This document shows positions 10,144-20,392 of a stretch of DNA of 32,000 nt, in pieces. The stretch is from Alkalilimnicola ehrlichii MLHE-1 (GTDB lineage Bacteria; Pseudomonadota; Gammaproteobacteria; Nitrococcales; Halorhodospiraceae): positions 1,050,001 through 1,082,000 of the forward strand of contig NC_008340.1 of NCBI RefSeq assembly GCF_000014785.1, given 5' to 3'. Below the pieces are notes generated by a model, which was given only the letters and a program-made list of their open reading frames with translations, was not told the origin of the DNA and searched no databases. Numbering within the stretch: the stretch's first letter is position 1; each line of letters opens with the position of its first letter. The position numbers and the translations under genes are program-made.

Positions 10144-10851
10144 GTGTCCCATTCCCGACTGATCATTGCCCTGGATTACCCCGAGGCCGGGCCGGCCCTG
10201 GCGCTCGCCGATCGCCTGAGCCCCGAGCGCTGCGCGCTGAAGGTGGGCAAGGAGCTGTTCGTCGCCGAAGGCCCACAGTTGGTGGACGCGCTGGTCCGTC
10301 GGGGTTACCGGGTCTTTCTCGATCTCAAGTTCCACGACATCCCCAACACCGTCGCCGGGGCCTGTCGCTCGGCGGCCGCCACCGGGGCGTGGATGGTCAA
10401 CGTCCACGCCCTGGGCGGTGCCGCGATGATGGCGGCGGCCCGGGAGGCCCTGGGGGAGACCGGGGATCGCCCGCTGCTGACCGCGGTCACCGTGCTCACC
10501 AGCCACAGCGACGCGACCCTGCGTGAGATTGGCCTGGCCGGCCCGGCGGACGCCGCCGTCTGCCGGTTGGCCGAGCTGGCCCGGGGCGCCGGCGTGGACG
10601 GGGTGGTTTGCAGTGCCCGGGAGGCGGCCCTGGTGCGGGAGCGCTGCGGCGACGGTTTCCTGCGGGTGACCCCGGGTATCCGCCCGGCCTGGGCGGCAAA
10701 GGGCGATCAGGCGCGGGTGCTGAGCCCGGCCGACGCGGTCGCGGGCGGCGCCACCCACCTGGTGGTGGGGCGTCCGGTTACCCGCGCCGATGAGCCCCTG
10801 GCGGCGCTGGCGCGCCTGGAGCGCGAACTGGCCGCGCAGGACGAGACCTGA
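10144..10851 (+). CDS. pyrF: orotidine-5'-phosphate decarboxylase
   Basis: LIIALDY, KVGKELF and the catalytic [10 protein letters not shown] motif are present, and LVVGRPV lies near the C-terminus. GTG start is 3 nt after the lapB stop. Confidence 0.92.
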   Translation: MSHSRLIIALDYPEAGPALALADRLSPERCALKVGKELFVAEGPQLVDALVRRGYRVFLDLKFHDIPNTVAGACRSAAATGAWMVNVHALGGAAMMAAAREALGETGDRPLLTAVTVLTSHSDATLREIGLAGPADAAVCRLAELARGAGVDGVVCSAREAALVRERCGDGFLRVTPGIRPAWAAKGDQARVLSPADAVAGGATHLVVGRPVTRADEPLAALARLERELAAQDET

Positions 10852-11840
10852 TGCCCGCCAACGCCCACCATCCCTATGCCAGCCTGGGCCCGGACCAGGT
10901 GCTGGATGCCGTCGAGGCCCTGGGTTTTCTACCTGACGGCCGCTTTCTGGCCCTGAACAGCTACGAGAACCGCGTCTACCAGGTCGGACTGGAGGAGGCG
11001 GCACCGGTGGTGGTCAAGTTCTACCGGCCGGAGCGCTGGAGCGACGAGGCCATCCTGGAAGAGCACGCCTGGTGCGAAGAGCTGGTGGCCCGTGACGTCC
11101 CCGTGGTGCCGCCGTTGCGCATTCAGGGGCGGACCCTGCACCGGCACGAGGGCTTCCGGCTGGCGGTCTATCGCCGGCGCGGCGGGCGTGCGCCCGCCCT
11201 GGACGACCCGGAAGTGCGGCTCTGGCTGGGCCGGTTCCTGGCCAGGATGCACACCGTGGGCGAGGCCGGCCGCTTCCGCCACCGGCCACTGATCCGCGAC
11301 ACCGGCGTGGCCCGTGAGCACCGGGACTGGTTGTTGGCCGAGGGCTGGATCCCGGCGCACCTGTGCGAAGCCTACCAGGGCGTGACCGATCACTTGCTCA
11401 TGTTGCTGGAGGCCCGCTTTGCCGACGCGGGCAACTGGGGCGCCATCCGGCTGCACGGCGACTGCCACGCCGGCAACATCCTTTGGCGCGAGGGGGAGGG
11501 GCCCCACTTCGTCGATATGGACGACTGCGTCGCCGGGCCCGCTGTGCAGGATCTCTGGATGCTGATCTCGGGCGATCGGCCGGAGCGCACCGTTCAGCTC
11601 TCCGACCTGCTGGAGGGCTATGAGCAGTTCCGGCCCTTCGACCGCCGGGAGCTGAACCTGATTGAGGCCCTGCGCACGCTGCGCATCATGGCCTACGCGG
11701 TCTGGCTGGCCCGCCGCTGGCACGATCCCGCCTTTCCCCAGGCCTTCCCCTGGTTCGGGGCCGATCGCTATTGGGAAGAGCACGTACTGGCCCTGCGCGA
11801 GCAGGTGGCCGCCATGGAGGAGCCGCCGCTGGTCGTCTGA
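10851..11840 (+). CDS. srkA: stress-response serine/threonine kinase SrkA (YihE/RdoA family)
   Basis: LNSYENRVYQV and VVKFYRPERWS match the family N-lobe. The aminoglycoside-phosphotransferase-like catalytic region is LHGDCHAGNILW....FVDMDD. The ATG overlaps the pyrF stop (TGATG). Confidence 0.8.
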   Translation: MPANAHHPYASLGPDQVLDAVEALGFLPDGRFLALNSYENRVYQVGLEEAAPVVVKFYRPERWSDEAILEEHAWCEELVARDVPVVPPLRIQGRTLHRHEGFRLAVYRRRGGRAPALDDPEVRLWLGRFLARMHTVGEAGRFRHRPLIRDTGVAREHRDWLLAEGWIPAHLCEAYQGVTDHLLMLLEARFADAGNWGAIRLHGDCHAGNILWREGEGPHFVDMDDCVAGPAVQDLWMLISGDRPERTVQLSDLLEGYEQFRPFDRRELNLIEALRTLRIMAYAVWLARRWHDPAFPQAFPWFGADRYWEEHVLALREQVAAMEEPPLVV

Positions 11841-11844
11841 GGGC

Positions 11845-12543
11845 TTAGGCCATCACCTCCAGGACCGAGACCACCATCGCCAGGGTCACCAGAAGAATGA
11901 CCACCATCCGCCAGTGGCGCGCGCCGGAGGGCAGGCCCCGGCGCAACCGCCGTCGGCCCCAGAGCCAGCCGAAGCCGGCCAACAGCACCGCGGCGGTGAG
12001 GAAGGGCAGGGCCACCCGCCCGGCTTCGCCCAACACCACCGCGACCGAGGTGCCCGCGCCCAGCCCCAACCCCAGCCAGACCGCCGCCCACAGGGGGGCG
12101 GACAGGAGGTTGCCGAATAGGAAAAGGCGTCGGTCCATGTCCAGCATCCCCGCCACCGCTGGCAGGGTCGAACGGGTGGGTTTGGCGAAGCGGGAGACAA
12201 TGAGGCTGACGGCGCCGTGGCGGGCGAGGAAGGCTTGGTTGCGCTCCAGCAGCCCCGGGTGGTGACTGAATGGCCAGAGCCGATCGGTGCGGTGGCGCAG
12301 CCGGAAGCCCAGCTCATAGTTGGCCGCGCCGCCCACCAGCGCGCCTCCCGCTGCACCGGCGAAGGCGGGCAGCAGCAGCACCGGGTCGGAGGCGGCCAGG
12401 GCCCCCACCAGGAAGACCAGGCTCGCAGCGGGCACCAGGTAGCCCACCACCAGCAGCGATTCGAGCATGACGATCAAAAAGAGCCCGCCGGCCAGCCACA
12501 GGGGACTGTCAGAGAGCACCTTGACCAGGGACCCGAGTTCCAT
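11845..12543 (-). CDS. DedA-family (VTT domain) inner-membrane protein
   Basis: 232-aa polytopic membrane protein with DedA-like features (LIVMLESLLVVGYLVPAASLVFLVGALAA, SRFAKPTRSTLPAVAGM). The start lies 3 nt after the CDF stop. It converges on srkA with only 4 nt between the stop codons. Confidence 0.72.
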   Translation of the reverse strand: MELGSLVKVLSDSPLWLAGGLFLIVMLESLLVVGYLVPAASLVFLVGALAASDPVLLLPAFAGAAGGALVGGAANYELGFRLRHRTDRLWPFSHHPGLLERNQAFLARHGAVSLIVSRFAKPTRSTLPAVAGMLDMDRRLFLFGNLLSAPLWAAVWLGLGLGAGTSVAVVLGEAGRVALPFLTAAVLLAGFGWLWGRRRLRRGLPSGARHWRMVVILLVTLAMVVSVLEVMA

Positions 12544-12546
12544 GGC

Positions 12547-13710
12547 TTAGCTGCCCGGTTGGGCCAAAAGCCGGATTCGGCCGACGTAGTCGATGGGAGC
12601 GGCCTGCTCGCGCAGGCGTTCCTGCAGTGCGGCGAGCGCCTGCAGTGTCCGGCCCTCCGGGAGGCCGGTCAGGATGACGTCCACATCCAGGCGGCCGTCG
12701 CGGTAGTGCAGGATGAGCCGGTTGTGCGGATAGTCATCCAGCAGCCGGCCCCAGGCCTCGCGCAATTCCGCCTCGGCCCGCCGCCGCAGCGGCAGGCGGA
12801 TGCTGCGCCGGGCCTCGGTGATGCCCTCGTGATCCACGTGCACCAGCACCTCGGCCACGTGGTCCACCTCGCGGCAGAGGCGCAGGAGCACTGCGTCGCT
12901 GATCCGGTGGCCCTCGGAGACGCTGATGTCCTGGGCGACACGGATGTGCACGTCCACCAGGGTGTCGGAACCCATGCGCCGGGTGCGCAGGTCCTCATGG
13001 CCTTCCACCCCGTCCACGCTGTCGATGAGCCGGCCGATGTAGGCCAACTCGTCGGGATCGAGCCCGGTGTCCACCAGCTCACGGGCGGAGTGCCAGGCCA
13101 ACCGCCAGCCCACGGCGCCGATCATCAGCGCCACCACCAGCGCGGCGAGGGCGTCCAGCCACGGCAGGCCGGCCATAGCGCCGCCGACACCGACAATCAC
13201 CACCACCGAGGAGAGTGCATCCGAGCGGTGGTGCCAGGCATTGGCGTGGATCAGGTCGGAGCGCACCGCATTCGCCACATGGGTGGTGTAGTGGTAGAGC
13301 GCCTCCTTGGCCAGCACCGAGAAGATGGCAGCCGCCAGCGCGATCCAGCCCGGGGTGAGCAGATCCTCCGGGTTCATCATGCGGATGGCGGCGTCGTAGG
13401 CAAAGCCCCCCGCCACCAGCAGCAGCAGGGCGCCGACGCCCACCGTGGCGGCCGTCTCGATGCGGGCGTGGCCGTAGGGGTGGTCCAGGTCGGCGCCGTA
13501 GCTGCCCACCCGGGCCGCCCAGAGCACCAGGGCGTCGCTGACCAGATCGGACAGCGAGTGGACGCCGTCGACGATGAGCGCCTGGGAGTTGCCCACCGCA
13601 CCGGCGATGATCTTGCCGATGGCGAGCAGGACATTGACCAGGGACCCGACCAGGGTCACCCGCCGCTTGGCTTGGTAGTCGTCTCCGTTCAGGATCTGTT
13701 CGGCGCTCAT
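12547..13710 (-). CDS. cation diffusion facilitator (CDF) family divalent-metal efflux transporter with about 90-aa C-terminal extension
   Basis: CDF signature residues are in TM2 and TM5 (ALIVDGVHSLSDLVSD, HANAWHHRSDALSS). The cytoplasmic CTD is VEGHEDLRTRRMGSDTLVDVHIRV....EVLVHVDHEG. The ATG overlaps the stop of the Fur-family gene (ATGA). Confidence 0.85.
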   Translation of the reverse strand: MSAEQILNGDDYQAKRRVTLVGSLVNVLLAIGKIIAGAVGNSQALIVDGVHSLSDLVSDALVLWAARVGSYGADLDHPYGHARIETAATVGVGALLLLVAGGFAYDAAIRMMNPEDLLTPGWIALAAAIFSVLAKEALYHYTTHVANAVRSDLIHANAWHHRSDALSSVVVIVGVGGAMAGLPWLDALAALVVALMIGAVGWRLAWHSARELVDTGLDPDELAYIGRLIDSVDGVEGHEDLRTRRMGSDTLVDVHIRVAQDISVSEGHRISDAVLLRLCREVDHVAEVLVHVDHEGITEARRSIRLPLRRRAEAELREAWGRLLDDYPHNRLILHYRDGRLDVDVILTGLPEGRTLQALAALQERLREQAAPIDYVGRIRLLAQPGS

Positions 13711-14183
13711 TGGGGACGGGCGGATTCCCGCTCCTCCTGCAGGCGGCAGTGCGGACAGACCGCAAAGAACTCCATGCTGTGGCTGATGTCGCTGTAGCCG
13801 CGGGCGCGGAGCTTTTCCTCCAGCCAGTGTGGCGGGCAGACGTCCATGGCCTCCTTGCGCTGGCAGATCCGGCAGACCACATAGTGGCGGTGGTGCCCGG
13901 ACTGATCGTTGAGCTCGTAACGGGCGTTACCGTCGCCGAACTCGTGCCGCTGAACCAGACCCACCCGCTCAAAGTCGGCCAGGCAGCGGTAGACCGTGAC
14001 CAGGTCGCAGGCCTGCTCGCCCATGCGGGCGTGAATCTCGCGGCTGCTCAGGGGTTGCTCCTCGTGCGCGAGCACTTCCAACACGTAGCGGCGGGGACGG
14101 GTGTTGCGCAGGCCGCTGTGGCGCAGGCGCTGTGCCAGGTCCTGGGGGTCGCGTTGCTTGCTGTGACCGGCTTCGGTAGTCAT
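13707..14183 (-). CDS. Fur-family metalloregulator (Fur/Zur/Mur subtype not resolvable from sequence alone)
   Basis: A winged-helix region (RNTRPRRYVLEVLAHEEQPLSSREIHARM....VTVYRCLADFERVGLV) is followed by HHRHYVVCRICQ and AVCPHC, i.e. the HHxH plus two CxxC metal sites typical of the Fur family. I place the start at ATG 14183, preceded by GGGAGG. The longer 14300 start would overlap the DUF1244 gene. Confidence 0.8.
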   Translation of the reverse strand: MTTEAGHSKQRDPQDLAQRLRHSGLRNTRPRRYVLEVLAHEEQPLSSREIHARMGEQACDLVTVYRCLADFERVGLVQRHEFGDGNARYELNDQSGHHRHYVVCRICQRKEAMDVCPPHWLEEKLRARGYSDISHSMEFFAVCPHCRLQEERESARPQ

Positions 14184-14215
14184 GCCGCCTCCCTGGGTTC
14201 GTGCCCGGCGCCGGC

Positions 14216-14521
14216 TCAGCCCTGCTGTCGTCCGGCCTCCGTCTGGGCAAACGCCGCCAGCTCCTCGGTGCTGGCCTCGCGCTGGTGGCGTGCCTTCCAC
14301 TCATCGTAGGGCATGCCGTAGACGATCTCTCTTGCCTGATCATAATCCATAGGCACGCCCCGCTCCTCGGCCGCCGCCAAGTACCACTTGGAGAGGCAGT
14401 TGCGGCAAAAGCCGGCCAAGTTCATCAGCTCGATGTTCTGTACGTCGGTGCGCTCACGCAGGTGCTGCACCAGGGCACGGAAGGCCGCGGCCTCAAGTTC
14501 AGTGCGGGTCTTGTCGTCCAT
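14216..14521 (-). CDS. DUF1244-family small protein (function unknown)
   Basis: 101-aa ORF whose conserved core FRALVQHLRERTDVQNIELMNLAGFCRNCLSKWY I recognise as the DUF1244 family. It is the first gene of the minus-strand unit, with 32 nt to the Fur-family start. Confidence 0.72.
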   Translation of the reverse strand: MDDKTRTELEAAAFRALVQHLRERTDVQNIELMNLAGFCRNCLSKWYLAAAEERGVPMDYDQAREIVYGMPYDEWKARHQREASTEELAAFAQTEAGRQQG

Positions 14522-14545
14522 AGTCTTGCTTACCGGAGGCTGTGT

Positions 14546-14554
14546 TGATTATCA
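14546..14554 (-). promoter_or_regulatory. candidate operator or -10 element: 4-1-4 palindrome TGATAATCA upstream of the DUF1244-Fur-CDF-DedA unit
   Basis: On the minus strand the sequence reads ...CCCTGATAATCAACAC..., about 25 nt upstream of the DUF1244 ATG. GATAAT is both -10-like and a Fur-box hexamer. It is short and unsupported by any other evidence. Confidence 0.2.
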
Positions 14555-14600
14555 GGGCTTTCGCATACTCGGGGGGGTATGTTACCACTCCTAACCTACT

Positions 14601-15052
14601 CCCCGTCATCGCGAGGGCCGAAGGCTTTCCCCCGTCATCGCGAGGGCCGCAGGCCCGTGGCGATCCAGGGCGGTAGACTGCCGCGTCGGCTTCGCCTCCT
14701 CGCAGTGACGGTGGGGGCGACCTTCCGCTTCCGGCACAGTCAAGTTCTTCAAGAGGGCCGAAGGCTTTTCCCCGTCATCGCGAGGGCCGAAGGCCCGTGG
14801 CGATCCAGGGCGGTAGACTGCCACGTCGGCTTCGCCTCCTCGTAGTGACGGTGGGGGTGGGGCCCGCTCGCAGTGACGGTGGGGGTGGGGCCCGCTCGCA
14901 GTGACGGTGGGGGCGGCCTGCTCCTCCCTGCACAGTCCAGTTCTTCAAGAGGTGTGCCCCTTACTCCCCGTCATCGCGAGGAGCGAAGCGACGCGGCGAT
15001 CCATGCGGCGTGTGGATTGCCACGCCCCTTCGGGGCTCGCAATGACGGTGGG
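14601..15052. repeat. cluster of three related ~90-nt imperfect palindromic elements (CCCCGTCATCGCGAGG ... CTCGCA(G/A)TGACGGTGGG), plus a solo left arm, a conserved linker motif and a 28-nt tandem triplication
   Basis: Palindromes lie at about 14630-14717, 14770-14857 (near-identical to the first, offset 140 nt) and 14966-15050 (diverged). A solo left arm is at 14601-14629. The linker CACAGTC(A/C)AGTTCTTCAAGAGG occurs at 14735-14756 and 14931-14952. A 28-nt unit (C/T)AGTGACGGTGGGGGTGGGGCCCGCTCG is repeated at 14843, 14871 and 14899 (last copy partial). No credible ORF is present. Confidence 0.85.
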
Positions 15053-15081
15053 AAAGGCCGGGGGAGGGCGCCCGTTGCCGT

Positions 15082-16890
<1,809 letters not shown>

Positions 16891-16973
16891 GGAGTCGTGA
16901 CAGGTCGTTGCTGATACGGGGGCGCTATCATCCGGGAGTTGGGGGCTGGTGTCGAGGGTTTATTCCCCGTCTT

Positions 16974-16982
16974 TGATAGAAT
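16974..16982 (+). promoter_or_regulatory. candidate extended -10 promoter element (TGATAGAAT) for ttcA
   Basis: A TGnTAGAAT motif lies in the typA/ttcA divergent intergenic region, about 93 nt upstream of the proposed ttcA start. No good -35 element was found. Confidence 0.25.
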
Positions 16983-17074
16983 CCGGGGTTTGCGGTGCTT
17001 TGGGCGGTGCTCTGATGATGGGTTCCGCGCAAACACTTGCCACCCGGCACGCTCCGAACCCAAGAGGTCTCGTC

Positions 17075-17959
17075 ATGGGCATGGGCCTGAAAACCCTGCA
17101 GAAGCGTCTCAGCCACCTGACCGGCAACGCCATCCGCGATTACCGCATGATCGAGGAGGGCGACCGGGTCATGGTCTGCCTGTCCGGGGGCAAGGACTCC
17201 TACGCCCTGCTGGACGTGCTGCTGCGCCTGCAAAAGCGCGCGCCGGTGCGCTTCGAGCTGGTGGCGGTGAACCTGGACCAGAAGCAGCCCGGCTTCCCGG
17301 AGCATGTGCTGCCCGAGTACCTGGCATCGCTGGGCGTGCCCTACCGGATACTGGAGGCGGACACCTACTCCACCGTGGAGCGGGTGATCCCCGAGGGCAA
17401 GACCAAGTGCTCGCTCTGCTCGCGGCTGCGCCGGGGGCTGCTCTACGGGGCGGCGGAGGAGATGGGCTGCAGCAAGATCGCGCTGGGCCACCACCGCGAC
17501 GACATCCTGGAGACCTTCTTCCTCAACCTCTTCTATGGCGGCCGGCTGGCGGCCATGCCGCCCAAGCTGCGCTCCAACAATGGCCGCCACGTGGTGATCC
17601 GGCCGCTGGCCTATGTGCCGGAGCCCTATCTGGAGCGCTATGCCGAGCGCATGGCGTTTCCCATCATCCCCTGCACCCTTTGTGGCTCGCAGCCGGACCT
17701 GAAGCGCCAGATGATCAAGGCGATGCTGCGGGAGTGGGGTGAGATCGAGCCGCGCCGGCTGGCGAATATCTTCAGTGCCCTGCAGAACGTGCAGCCGTCC
17801 CACCTGGCGGACAAGGAGCTGTACGATTTCATCAACCTGGTGGGCAGCGTGCAGCCGGGCGAGGACCCCGTCTCGGCGTTGGAAACGCCCCATGGCGACG
17901 GCTTCCCGGCGGCGGAGGTGTTGTCCGGGGTGCAGCGCCACGACCCGCAGTCGGCCTGA
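17075..17959 (+). CDS. ttcA: tRNA 2-thiocytidine(32) synthetase TtcA
   Basis: LQKRL....[28 protein letters not shown] (PP-loop), [31 protein letters not shown] and PCTLCGSQ are near-identical to the E. coli TtcA motifs. I place the start at ATG 17075, preceded by AAGAGG. The listed 16949 start adds an unconserved extension. Confidence 0.9.
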   Translation: MGMGLKTLQKRLSHLTGNAIRDYRMIEEGDRVMVCLSGGKDSYALLDVLLRLQKRAPVRFELVAVNLDQKQPGFPEHVLPEYLASLGVPYRILEADTYSTVERVIPEGKTKCSLCSRLRRGLLYGAAEEMGCSKIALGHHRDDILETFFLNLFYGGRLAAMPPKLRSNNGRHVVIRPLAYVPEPYLERYAERMAFPIIPCTLCGSQPDLKRQMIKAMLREWGEIEPRRLANIFSALQNVQPSHLADKELYDFINLVGSVQPGEDPVSALETPHGDGFPAAEVLSGVQRHDPQSA

Positions 17960-17993
17960 GCCCGCCCGCCGCCAGGGGCGCCCCGCTGGCTGC

Positions 17994-19454
17994 TCAGCCG
18001 TCGCCGTTGCCGGACCGCAGGAAGCTATCCACCTCGCGCACGGTGTTGCCGTCCAGGGCCAGGCCCACGGCGGCCTGCAGCTCCAGGTAGCCGAGCAGGT
18101 AGGCGTAGCGCGCGGCGGCGAGCTGGCGCTCGACGGCGTACCGCTGCTGCTTGGCCTGCAGCAGGTCCGCGGTGGTGCGCATACCGGCCGCCAGCCCCTC
18201 GCGCACCGCCTGTTCGGTGCCGCGCGCCGAGCGCAGGGCCTGCTCCAGGGCCAGGATACGCTCCCGGCCGCTGTTCAGGTTGCGGCTCGCCTCCTGGGCC
18301 CGCAGCTCAGCGCCGCGGCGAATCTCGGTCAGCTCCTGCAGGGCGGCGTCGCGCTCGGCCTCGCTCTGGCGCACCCGGGAGGTGGTGAGGCCGCCGGTAT
18401 AGAGGGGCATGGACAGTTGCACGCTGACACTGCCCCCCTCCACGTCCAGCCGGTCGCCGACCCCGAACGGCCCCTCGTCCTGCCAGCGCCGCCCATAGCG
18501 CCCGATCAGGTCCACCCGAGGTTGGTGCGCCGCCCGCCGGTACTGGATCTCCTGGCGGGCGATCTCCAGATCGCGGTGGGCCAACTGCACGGTCAGGTTA
18601 TAGCGCCGGGCGAGATTGGCCCAGTGGTCGGGCTGGGGCGGGTCCAGCGCGGAGGGCCGGAACTCGGGGCTGATCGGGGTCAAGGGGCCGGGCAGGGGGC
18701 CGGCCAACTGCTGGAGCTGCTGGCGGGCCAGGTCGCGCTCGTTGCGGGCGCTGATTTGTTCCGCCTGCACCTGATCGCGCCGGGCAAGGGCCTCGTCCAC
18801 ATCGGTGCGGCTGCCGATGCCCGCCTCCAGATTGTGGCGTGCCCGCTCAAGTTGGGCGTTCACGGACGCCAGTTCGGCCTCGGTCAGGCGGACGGTCTCG
18901 TTGCCGAGCTGGAGCTGAAAATAGGCCTCGGCCACCTGCAGGATCAGGTCCTGGTGTGCCAGCTCCAAGGCCAGTTCAGCGGCGGAGACCTGGCTGCGCG
19001 CCTGCTCCAGCCGGGCGAAATTCTCGCCACGGTAGAGCGGCTGCACCACCTGCACCGCCCCCTGTCGGGTCTCGAAGCGGCTATCGAAACGCTCGGAGAT
19101 ACCGAGGGCGGCGGCCAGATCGGCTGCCGGGCCGACGGCCTCGTCCAGGCCCAGGTCCAGCCGGGTGCGCTCGTCGGTGTAACCCCACTGGGCCTCTACG
19201 CCGATCTCGGGCAGGAAGGCGGAGCGGGCCTGGGGCAGCACTTCGCGGCGCGCGCGCAGCCGGTCCTGTTCGGCGGCGAAGCGCGCGTTGTAATCCAGTG
19301 CGTTTTGGTAAATGTCGACCAGGCTGGCGTCCTGCCCGGCCATGGCGGCCGGGGGCACGACGGCCAGCAGGGTGGCGATCAGCAGTTTCTTCAATTGAGG
19401 CCCTGTCCCTTCCGTCACCGGTGCTGCCGTTGGCCACATTGTAACCACAGCCAC
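17994..19454 (-). CDS. tolC: TolC-family outer-membrane efflux / type I secretion channel protein
   Basis: Signal-peptide-like KKLLIATLLAVVPPAAMA, followed by LVDIYQNALDYNARFAAEQ and two tandem TolC-type repeat halves with coiled-coil segments. The exact start is uncertain (19454, 19439 or an internal TTG). Confidence 0.85.
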   Translation of the reverse strand: MAVVTMWPTAAPVTEGTGPQLKKLLIATLLAVVPPAAMAGQDASLVDIYQNALDYNARFAAEQDRLRARREVLPQARSAFLPEIGVEAQWGYTDERTRLDLGLDEAVGPAADLAAALGISERFDSRFETRQGAVQVVQPLYRGENFARLEQARSQVSAAELALELAHQDLILQVAEAYFQLQLGNETVRLTEAELASVNAQLERARHNLEAGIGSRTDVDEALARRDQVQAEQISARNERDLARQQLQQLAGPLPGPLTPISPEFRPSALDPPQPDHWANLARRYNLTVQLAHRDLEIARQEIQYRRAAHQPRVDLIGRYGRRWQDEGPFGVGDRLDVEGGSVSVQLSMPLYTGGLTTSRVRQSEAERDAALQELTEIRRGAELRAQEASRNLNSGRERILALEQALRSARGTEQAVREGLAAGMRTTADLLQAKQQRYAVERQLAAARYAYLLGYLELQAAVGLALDGNTVREVDSFLRSGNGDG

Positions 19455-19508
19455 CGGATATTGCCCGGCAGAGGGCCGGGCAGGGCAGGTGCGCGCCGCG
19501 GGCAGGCC

Positions 19509-20330
19509 TCAGCGCCGGGGTTCGCCGGTCTTGTCGTGTTCGATCTCGGCGAAGGCGGAGTGGTTGTGGATGGACTCGAAGTTCTCGGCCGTCACGTTGT
19601 AGGCCAGCACCCGGTCCTCGTCGTTGAGGCGGATGGCCACATCGCGCACCAGGTCCTCGACGAACTTGGGGTTCTCGTAAGCGCGCTCGGTGACGTACTT
19701 CTCGTCCGGCCGCTTGAGAAGCCCGTAGAGCTCGCAGGAGGCCTCCTCCTCGACCAGGTCGATCAGGTCCTCCACCCAGAGCAGATCGCGGGTCTTGGCG
19801 GTGACCGTCACGTGGGAGCGCTGGTTGTGCGCGCCGTAGCGGGAGATCTCCTTGGAGCAGGGGCAGAGGCTGGTCACCGGCACCACCACCCGGATGGCCA
19901 GCTCCGGCTCGCCCTCGTGGATCTCACCGATGAAGGCGACCTGATAGTCCATCAGGCTCTGCACCCCGGTGACCGGTGCCGTCTTGCGCACGAACAGCGG
20001 GAAGGCCATCTCGATGTGACCGGATTCGGCCTCCAGCCGCTCGGCCACCTCGTGCAGCATCTCCCGAAAGGACTGCACGGTAATCTCGGTGTCGTGCCCC
20101 TCGAGGATCTGCACGAAGCGGGACATGTGCGTGCCCTTGAAGTGCTGAGGCAGGTTCACATACATGCTGAAATTGGCCACGGTGTGCTGTTCCTGGCCGT
20201 CCCGGCCGCCTACCCGCACCGGATGGCGGATGTCCTTGATCCCCACCTTGTTGATGGGAATGCGGCGGCTGTCTTGGCGGGCCTGCACGTCCTCGATGGA
20301 GACGGTGGCGAGCTTTTCTGCCTCAGGCAT
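19509..20330 (-). CDS. folE2: GTP cyclohydrolase I type 2 (FolE2 / GCYH-IB)
   Basis: 273 aa with FolE2-type motifs ([50 protein letters not shown]). Confidence 0.85.
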
Positions 20331-20356
20331 GGTGATCGGTCCTCGGGGTGTTCACA

Positions 20357-20389
20357 CGCGACGATAGATACGAATAATACTATATCGCG
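20357..20389 (-). promoter_or_regulatory. AT-rich imperfect inverted repeat with -10-like hexamers in the 62-nt ispA/folE2 gap (candidate promoter and metalloregulator operator)
   Basis: The + strand reads CGCGACGATAGATACGAATAATACTATATCGCG. The outer arms CGCGA.GATA and TATATCGCG are inverted. The minus strand contains TATAGT and TATTAT. This is the only AT-rich patch in the interval and lies 27-59 nt upstream of the folE2 ATG. Confidence 0.3.
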
Positions 20390-20392
20390 TTT

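Noticed and set aside
14184-14300. 39-aa N-terminal extension of the Fur-family ORF.
   Set aside because: It would overlap the DUF1244 3' end and has no similarity to Fur-family N-termini. ATG 14183 has a GGGAGG ribosome-binding site.
17960-17993. GC-rich palindrome (GCCAGGGGCGCCCCGCTGGC) between the convergent ttcA and tolC genes, considered as a bidirectional terminator.
   Set aside because: The stem is short and no flanking T or A tract is present on either strand, so I cannot support it as an intrinsic terminator.
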